Below, piece after piece: positions 5,548 through 10,574 of a stretch of DNA of 10,574 nt (within the stretch, counting starts at the first letter, position 1; every line of letters starts with the position of its first letter). The position numbers and the translations under genes were made by a program. Origin of the DNA: Candidatus Krumholzibacteriia bacterium (GTDB lineage Bacteria; Krumholzibacteriota; Krumholzibacteriia; LZORAL124-64-63); contig JAZBOO010000118.1 in NCBI GenBank assembly GCA_036351155.1, positions 1-10,574 of the forward strand, written 5' to 3'. The notes beneath the pieces are model-generated. The model was not told where the DNA came from and made no database searches. It saw nothing but the letters and a program-made list of their open reading frames with translations.

Positions 5548-7872
5548 ATGTCCACGCGGCTGCTGATGAACTTAGCCCTCGCAACTGTCGCCCTTTTGCT
5601 GCTCGTCTCGGTAGGGGTGGTCGTGACCAACCTTGGCAACCGCGAAAGCCAGAACACCCAGGTCGACCTTGCCCTTCAGCAACAGGCCCTGATCCAGGAT
5701 CTCAACCAGGAGACCGCCAACCTGGCTGCCGCCGACAACCTCCTGTCCGTCAACCAGGCCCGGGGACGGCTGGGCGACAAGGTCGTGGACTTCGACCAGG
5801 GACTGGCCGCACTGGTCAAGGGCGGAACCCTGGACCGCCATGACGGCACCATGATTCAGATTTCCCCCGTCAAGAACCAGGATGCCCGGGTGGCCCTGGA
5901 AGAGGCGGCTCGGTTGTGGATAGACACCGGACTGCCCCTGGCCGATCTGGCCGCCGGCGAGTACTCCATTTTCAGTGCCGCCGGTCAGCAAGCGGCCGCC
6001 AACCTGACCGACAACAGCCCTGCCCTGGCCAACCAGATGGGCATTGCCGCCGCCGCACTCCAGGTCAAGAATCAAAGTCAGTCCTCACGCGCCGGGCTGG
6101 CCCGCTATGCCGTGGTGGCCTGTGGTTTGCTGCTCGGTGGTTTGCTGATCGCCCGGTTCAAGCCGGTCAAGACCGAGGCCCCCGCGCCGGCCCACACCGC
6201 ACCCCGCACAATGACCCGGCCCACCACTTCTGGTCCGGCGGGCACCCCGATTCCCGAGCCCACCGAATCCGCCGGACCGATGGAAGCCCCCGTCCAGACC
6301 CTGGACTGGAGTCGCCATTCCGGTCAGGCCTTCACCTCGCCGGTGGATTTCGACACGGTGAATGCCTCGGTAGATCAGATGTCGGTGGACATGAATACCA
6401 TCGCCGGCAGCACGGACAAGATGCGGACGGCCATCGACTCGGTGGGACACGCCCTGCAGGGCATGCTCTACTCGCTGAACGAGATGGCCCAGGACACGGC
6501 CGAGGGTTACAAGATCGTGCGCGGCGCCAACAACGCCGCCAGCTACACCGCCAGCACGGCCAACGAACTGGCCGCCTCGGCCCGGGAGATGAGCCGCGTG
6601 GTGGCCCGGGTCACCCAGCTGGCCATGAAGACCAAGCAGGTGGCCGCCCAGATCGACGCCGAGGCCGTCAGCACCGGCACCACCGGTGAAAAATTCACCT
6701 CCGTGGTGGCCGCCGAGGTTCAGGGCCTCAGCCGTCAGACCAGCGCCGCCACCCAGGAAATCGAAACCACCGTGGCCGAGATCCTGGGCACTGCCCGGCA
6801 GTACGAGGAAGCCATCGGGCAGATCATCAAGAACATCAGTGCCATCAACAAGGTGTCCGAGAACCTGGGCGAGTTGATGTTGCATCCGCCCGCCGCGGGT
6901 GTGGCCGGTACGCCCCTGCCCATCCCCCAGGCGCATTCGCTCGGCCACCAGGCTGCCCCCGTGGCTCAGGCGGCGGCCCCTGCCGCCGCGATTCCTGCTC
7001 CGGCTCCGCCCGTGGCTGCCGAAACGCCGCCGGCGCCTGCTCCTGAACCGGCCCCGGCCCCGGCCCAGATCTTCCAGGACGATGTGGCGGCCGAACCCAC
7101 GGTGACCGAGGTGGCCGAACAGACCAGCAGCGCCATCGAGAAAGCCGCCGACGAGGTGGCCGAGGAAGCCCCTGCAGCCCCTGAACCAGCCGGCAGCACA
7201 GGCAACGTGTTCATGCTCGGTGGCGGGCCGCGCAAGCCCCGCAAGGATCTGACGATTCCTCAGCCCAAGGCCGAGGAGCCCAAAGCAGAGGAGTCCCAGC
7301 CTGCGCCCGAGGAAGCGGCACCGGATGATGAGGGCACCAACATCTTCATGCTCAACAAGCCCAAGAAAGCCCCAGCAGCCGCACCGGAGCCGCCCAAGGC
7401 GGAAGAACCGGCCGCCGCACCGGAGCCGGAGCCCACGCCAGTAGCTGCCCCTGAAGCGGCAGAGCCGGTCGCCGAAGAAAAAGAGGAATCCGGCGGGAAC
7501 ATCTTCATGCTGAACAAGCCCAAGAAGGCGCCCGCCGCCGCACCGCCGGAAGCGCCCGCCGAAACGCCGGCCGCACCCGAGCCGCCCAAGGCGGAAACTC
7601 CGCCTGAACCGGAAACCGCACCTGCCGAGCCCGCCGCCGAGGAAGAGGACACCGGCAGCAATATCTTCATGCTGAACAAGCCCAAGAAGGCCCCCGCCGC
7701 CGCGCCTGCGGAAGCGCCTCCCGAGGCTTCCGCCGAGCCCGAGCCGCCTGCCTCCGAGGAGCCGGTGGCCGAGGAAGAGGAGCCCGTGACCGTGCCGGCG
7801 GACGACGAAAAACCCGCCGAGGACAAGGGCAGCAACGGGAATATCTTCATGCTCAACAAGCCGAAGAAATAA
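5548..7872 (+). CDS. Atypical chemoreceptor-derived membrane protein: TM - NarX/PilJ-like sensor - TM - Pro-rich linker - degenerate MCP signalling coiled coil - Pro/Ala/Glu-rich repeat tail
   Basis: GGAGG at 5537-5541 before the ATG. TM1 is LLMNLALATVALLLLVSVGVVV and TM2 is YAVVACGLLLGGLLIA. The periplasmic region FDQGLAALVKGG...P...ARVALEEAARLW...ALANQM resembles PilJ/NarX-like four-helix sensors. Segment ~6358-6880 aligns to an MCP hairpin (FTSVVAAEVQGLSRQTSAATQEI...AIGQIIKNISAINKVS). Third codon positions are strongly G/C throughout. Confidence 0.85.
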   Translation: MSTRLLMNLALATVALLLLVSVGVVVTNLGNRESQNTQVDLALQQQALIQDLNQETANLAAADNLLSVNQARGRLGDKVVDFDQGLAALVKGGTLDRHDGTMIQISPVKNQDARVALEEAARLWIDTGLPLADLAAGEYSIFSAAGQQAAANLTDNSPALANQMGIAAAALQVKNQSQSSRAGLARYAVVACGLLLGGLLIARFKPVKTEAPAPAHTAPRTMTRPTTSGPAGTPIPEPTESAGPMEAPVQTLDWSRHSGQAFTSPVDFDTVNASVDQMSVDMNTIAGSTDKMRTAIDSVGHALQGMLYSLNEMAQDTAEGYKIVRGANNAASYTASTANELAASAREMSRVVARVTQLAMKTKQVAAQIDAEAVSTGTTGEKFTSVVAAEVQGLSRQTSAATQEIETTVAEILGTARQYEEAIGQIIKNISAINKVSENLGELMLHPPAAGVAGTPLPIPQAHSLGHQAAPVAQAAAPAAAIPAPAPPVAAETPPAPAPEPAPAPAQIFQDDVAAEPTVTEVAEQTSSAIEKAADEVAEEAPAAPEPAGSTGNVFMLGGGPRKPRKDLTIPQPKAEEPKAEESQPAPEEAAPDDEGTNIFMLNKPKKAPAAAPEPPKAEEPAAAPEPEPTPVAAPEAAEPVAEEKEESGGNIFMLNKPKKAPAAAPPEAPAETPAAPEPPKAETPPEPETAPAEPAAEEEDTGSNIFMLNKPKKAPAAAPAEAPPEASAEPEPPASEEPVAEEEEPVTVPADDEKPAEDKGSNGNIFMLNKPKK
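7204..7869 (+). repeat. In-frame dispersed coding repeat: NIFMLNKPKK x4 plus one variant, separated by Pro/Ala/Glu spacers
   Basis: Exact peptide copies at 7339-7368, 7498-7527, 7660-7689 and 7840-7869 (DNA consensus AAYATCTTCATGCTSAACAAGCCSAAGAAR). Variant NVFMLGGGPRKPRK at 7204-7245. Start-to-start spacing is 135, 159, 162 and 180 nt. Confidence 0.95.
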
Positions 7873-7886
7873 CCGACCCAAAACCC

Positions 7887-7931
7887 GCCTCCTGGTTTAT
7901 TCTGTTTCCCTGGAACAGAAAACCCGGAGGC
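7887..7931 (+). promoter_or_regulatory. Long intergenic hairpin occluding the decarboxylase Shine-Dalgarno sequence
   Basis: GCCTCC(7887-7892) pairs with GGAGGC(7926-7931), GGTT(7894-7897) with AACC(7921-7924), and TTCTGTT(7900-7906) with AACAGAA(7914-7920). ATG is at 7936. Confidence 0.65.
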
Positions 7932-7935
7932 TTGC

Positions 7936-9372
7936 ATGAACCCTTCTGAATTCCGCCGTCATGGCCACGATGTGGTCGACTGGATCGCCGACTACCTGGA
8001 AAACGCCGAACAGTATCCCGTCATGTCCCCTTGTCAGCCGGGAGATATCCTGGCCCAGTTGCCGGAGCATCCTCCCGAGCACAGCGAGTCCATGGAATCC
8101 ATCCTGGGTGATTTTCAGAAGATCATCCTGCCCGGGGTGACGCACTGGAATCACCCGCGTTTCTTCGCTTACTTCCCCGCCAACAACAGCGGTCCCTCCA
8201 TCCTGGGTGAGATGCTGTCGGCCGGCCTGGGTGTCAACGCCATGCTGTGGCAAACCAGCCCGTCGGCCACCGAGCTGGAGGAGCGCGTCATGCAGTGGCT
8301 GGCCGAGCTCATCGGGCTGGAAGACCACCAGCCCGGCACCTGGCACGGCGTGATCCAGGACACGGCATCCACCGCCACGCTGTGTGCCCTGGTGTGCGCC
8401 CGGGAAAAGGCCACGGCCTTTGCCGTGAACGCCGCCGGTTGTGACGGCATGGGCGGCGCAGGCGCTCTGCGCGTTTACACCTCCAGCGAAGCCCACTCCT
8501 CGGTGACCAAGGGAGCCAAGGTGGCGGGCCTCGGTCGCGAGAACGTGGTGCTGATCAAGGTGGATGACGAGCTGAGGATGGACCCAGGCGACCTGGCTGC
8601 CCAGATCGAAACCGACCTGGCCACCGGCCTGATTCCCTGCTGCGTGGTGGCCACCGTGGGCACCACCGGGTCCACCGCCGTGGACCCCTTGCCCGAAATC
8701 GGACGAATTGCCCGAAAGTACGACCTGTGGCTTCATGTCGATGCCGCCCTGGCGGGCAGCGCTGCCATCTGTCCCGAGTTTCGCGGCATTCTCGATGGCG
8801 TGGACCAGGCCGATTCCCTGGTCTTCAATCCTCACAAGTGGCTGCTCACCAATTTCGACTGCTCGGCGTACTTCGTGCGTGACCCACGCCACCTCGAGCA
8901 GACCATGACCATCAATCCCGAGTATCTGAAAACCGACCCTGACCAGCGGGTGAACAACTTTCGCGACTGGGGGATTCCCCTGGGCCGGCGGTTCCGCGCC
9001 CTGAAGCTGTGGTTCGTGCTGCGCAGCTACGGAGCCGAAGGGTTGCGCGATCTGGTGCGGGGGCACATCGCCCTGGCCAGGGAGTTTGCGGACTGGGTCG
9101 AGGCCAGCCCCCACTGGGAACTGATGGCTCCCGTGCCGCTGAACACGGTCTGCTTCCGACACTTGCCCGAGGGGTGGAAGGGGATGGATGACGAGCAGGT
9201 GGACGCGGTGAACAAGTCGCTGATGGATCGGGTCAACAGTGAGGGCGTCATCTATCTGACACATACCAAGCTGTTCGGGAAGTTTGCCCTGAGGCTGGCT
9301 GTGGGACAGACGGGCACCCGTCGAGAACACGTGGAAACGGCCTGGCGGGTGCTGAACAGCGCGCTGGATTAG
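7936..9372 (+). CDS. PLP-dependent group II aromatic L-amino acid decarboxylase (DOPA/tyrosine/tryptophan decarboxylase family)
   Basis: N-terminus MNPSEFRRHGHDVVDWIADY, PGVTHWNHPRFFAYFP, WQTSPSATELE, AHSSV, VATVGTT, LHVDAA, PLP lysine motif FNPHKW (K301) and DWGIPLGRRFRALKLWFVLRSYG. 478 aa. Confidence 0.95.
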   Translation: MNPSEFRRHGHDVVDWIADYLENAEQYPVMSPCQPGDILAQLPEHPPEHSESMESILGDFQKIILPGVTHWNHPRFFAYFPANNSGPSILGEMLSAGLGVNAMLWQTSPSATELEERVMQWLAELIGLEDHQPGTWHGVIQDTASTATLCALVCAREKATAFAVNAAGCDGMGGAGALRVYTSSEAHSSVTKGAKVAGLGRENVVLIKVDDELRMDPGDLAAQIETDLATGLIPCCVVATVGTTGSTAVDPLPEIGRIARKYDLWLHVDAALAGSAAICPEFRGILDGVDQADSLVFNPHKWLLTNFDCSAYFVRDPRHLEQTMTINPEYLKTDPDQRVNNFRDWGIPLGRRFRALKLWFVLRSYGAEGLRDLVRGHIALAREFADWVEASPHWELMAPVPLNTVCFRHLPEGWKGMDDEQVDAVNKSLMDRVNSEGVIYLTHTKLFGKFALRLAVGQTGTRREHVETAWRVLNSALD

Positions 9373-9382
9373 CACAGAGAAA

Positions 9383-9412
9383 GGCCCCGGCACGGATCAT
9401 CGCGCCGGGGCC
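9383..9412. terminator. Terminator hairpin between the convergent decarboxylase and ccsA genes; better formed on the minus strand
   Basis: GGCCCCGGC(9383-9391)/GCCGGGGCC(9404-9412) plus an inner CG/CG pair. The A-C mismatch becomes G-U on the minus strand, which is followed by TTTCTCT. Confidence 0.8.
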
Positions 9413-9443
9413 ATTGCGTTTCATGACCGTCGGTTCAGACCGA

Positions 9444-10574
9444 TCAGCTGGTCACTTTCTTGCCTCGATAACTCAGGTTGAACAGCCCACTGACCAGCAT
9501 GAGCAACGCCATGACCGCGGTGAAGATGTGCACCCAGCCGGGCACCTTGGCCGCATCGCCGCTGGCGTAGCTGTGCAGGCCCACCAGGAAGTAGTTCACC
9601 CCGAAGTAGGTCATGATGACCGAGTTGAAGGTGATCCAGGTCCACATGGAGTTGATCCAGATCCCCCGCATGGCCGGGATGTACCGGAAATGCATACCGA
9701 TCGCCGCCATCAGGATGGTCACCAGGGACCAGGTTTCCTTGGGATCCCAGCCCCAGTAGCGGCCCCAGGATTCATTGGCCCAGACGCCGCCCAGCAGGGT
9801 ACCCACGGTCAAGGTTCCCAGACCCACGGCCAGCACCCAGAAGTTGATCTTGTCCAGGGTCCGGATGCTCTGGTCCAGGTTGTCCTGGCTGGCGGGCTTG
9901 GACAACCCGCGCACGATCATCAGGATGAGGATCAACAACCCCGTCATGAATGACAGTCCGAGGAAGGCGTAACTGGCCGTGATGATGGTCACGTGGATGT
10001 TCAACCAGTAGGAGACCAGCACCGGGACCAGAGGGCCGATGGCCGGATCGAAGACCGACAGCATGGAAACGCCCAGGATCAGCACGGTCAGGAACGAGGC
10101 CAGACCACCGGGTGCCGCCAGGCGGAAGATCAGTTCGAAGATGAGGCCGGCCAGCGCGGCGGCCAGGCTGATGAACAGCAGCGACTCGTGACCGTTGCTC
10201 AGGGGAGCTCGGCCCGAGGCGATCCAGCGCAGGGTGTAGGCCGTGATCATCCCGGCAAAGGACAACGTGTAAACCGCCACCGCCAGGCTGTAGATGGGAT
10301 TGCGGAAGGAGAACTTGGCGCCCTGATTGCGGAACAGGTTCCACAGGAACAGCCCCATGAAAACCACGAAGCAGCCCAGCAAGGGCACCATCATCCAGCT
10401 GAACAGATGGGACCGGTTGTAAAAGAGTTCGGATTCCAGCTTGGCCTTGCCGGGCAAAACCTCGCTGCCGAACTGCTGCTGCAAGGCGGCGGTCTCCTGC
10501 AGACCCTGCCGGATCTGGCTGTTGTTGCCCGAGCGCAATCCCACCATCAGGTCGTCGAATGCCGCCTTGTACTG
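9444..10574 (-). CDS. ccsA: Cytochrome c biogenesis system II synthase CcsA, probably the C-terminal part of a CcsBA fusion; 5'-truncated by the window edge
   Basis: WWD motif WANESWGRYWGWDPKETW. Conserved His residues in WLNIHVTII, GMHFR and GLHSYA, plus RWIASGRAPLSNGHES. The frame stays open from 10547 to the window end (QYKAAFDDLM...). Confidence 0.94.
   Translation of the reverse strand, partial: QYKAAFDDLMVGLRSGNNSQIRQGLQETAALQQQFGSEVLPGKAKLESELFYNRSHLFSWMMVPLLGCFVVFMGLFLWNLFRNQGAKFSFRNPIYSLAVAVYTLSFAGMITAYTLRWIASGRAPLSNGHESLLFISLAAALAGLIFELIFRLAAPGGLASFLTVLILGVSMLSVFDPAIGPLVPVLVSYWLNIHVTIITASYAFLGLSFMTGLLILILMIVRGLSKPASQDNLDQSIRTLDKINFWVLAVGLGTLTVGTLLGGVWANESWGRYWGWDPKETWSLVTILMAAIGMHFRYIPAMRGIWINSMWTWITFNSVIMTYFGVNYFLVGLHSYASGDAAKVPGWVHIFTAVMALLMLVSGLFNLSYRGKKVTS

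Noticed and set aside
7339..7869. Four near-identical 30-bp direct repeats with unique spacers, superficially CRISPR-like
   Set aside because: Spacers are 129-150 nt, all multiples of 3, and encode similar Pro/Ala/Glu sequence. Repeat differences are purely synonymous, and there are no cas genes or leader. This is a protein-level repeat.
5548..7872. Interpretation as a decaying MCP pseudogene
   Set aside because: No stops or frameshifts over 774 codons, strong SD and promoter, preserved heptad pattern and codon bias, and synonymous-only variation in the tail motif.
6085..7881. 598-aa minus-strand ORF with repeated LVEHED/LVQHED
   Set aside because: Antisense mirror of the repeat-containing plus-strand gene. 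It is Gly/Arg-rich, and the repeat changes are synonymous on the plus strand but not consistently on the minus strand.
7897..9393. 498-aa minus-strand ORF and other long overlapping ORFs (1481..2323, 4618..5469, 7260..7937)
   Set aside because: They fully overlap well-supported genes on the opposite strand and have no recognisable motifs, as expected for shadow ORFs in GC-rich DNA.

Overview
GC-rich bacterial chromosomal window with eight protein-coding genes and no mobile element, CRISPR array or RNA gene that I can see. In order: the 3' end of a small CBM48/isoamylase-early-set protein (+); a canonical dCache_3-type methyl-accepting chemotaxis protein (+); a GntR regulator (+); an HD-domain CCA-adding enzyme (-); an EamA/DMT transporter (+); an unusual 774-aa chemoreceptor-derived protein (+); a PLP-dependent aromatic amino acid decarboxylase (+); and the 3' part of a CcsA/CcsBA cytochrome c synthase (-). 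The most interesting element is the 5548..7872 protein. It has TM - NarX/PilJ-like sensor - TM, a Pro-rich linker in place of HAMP, and an MCP coiled coil whose kinase-binding tip and methylation sites are eroded. It ends in a ~330-aa Pro/Ala/Glu tail carrying 4 exact plus 1-2 degenerate copies of the peptide NIFMLNKPKK. Both chemoreceptor-type genes have well-spaced sigma-28 (FliA)-like promoters and similar leader architecture. The decarboxylase Shine-Dalgarno sequence is sequestered in a long hairpin. All family assignments come from motif recognition by eye, not database searches.
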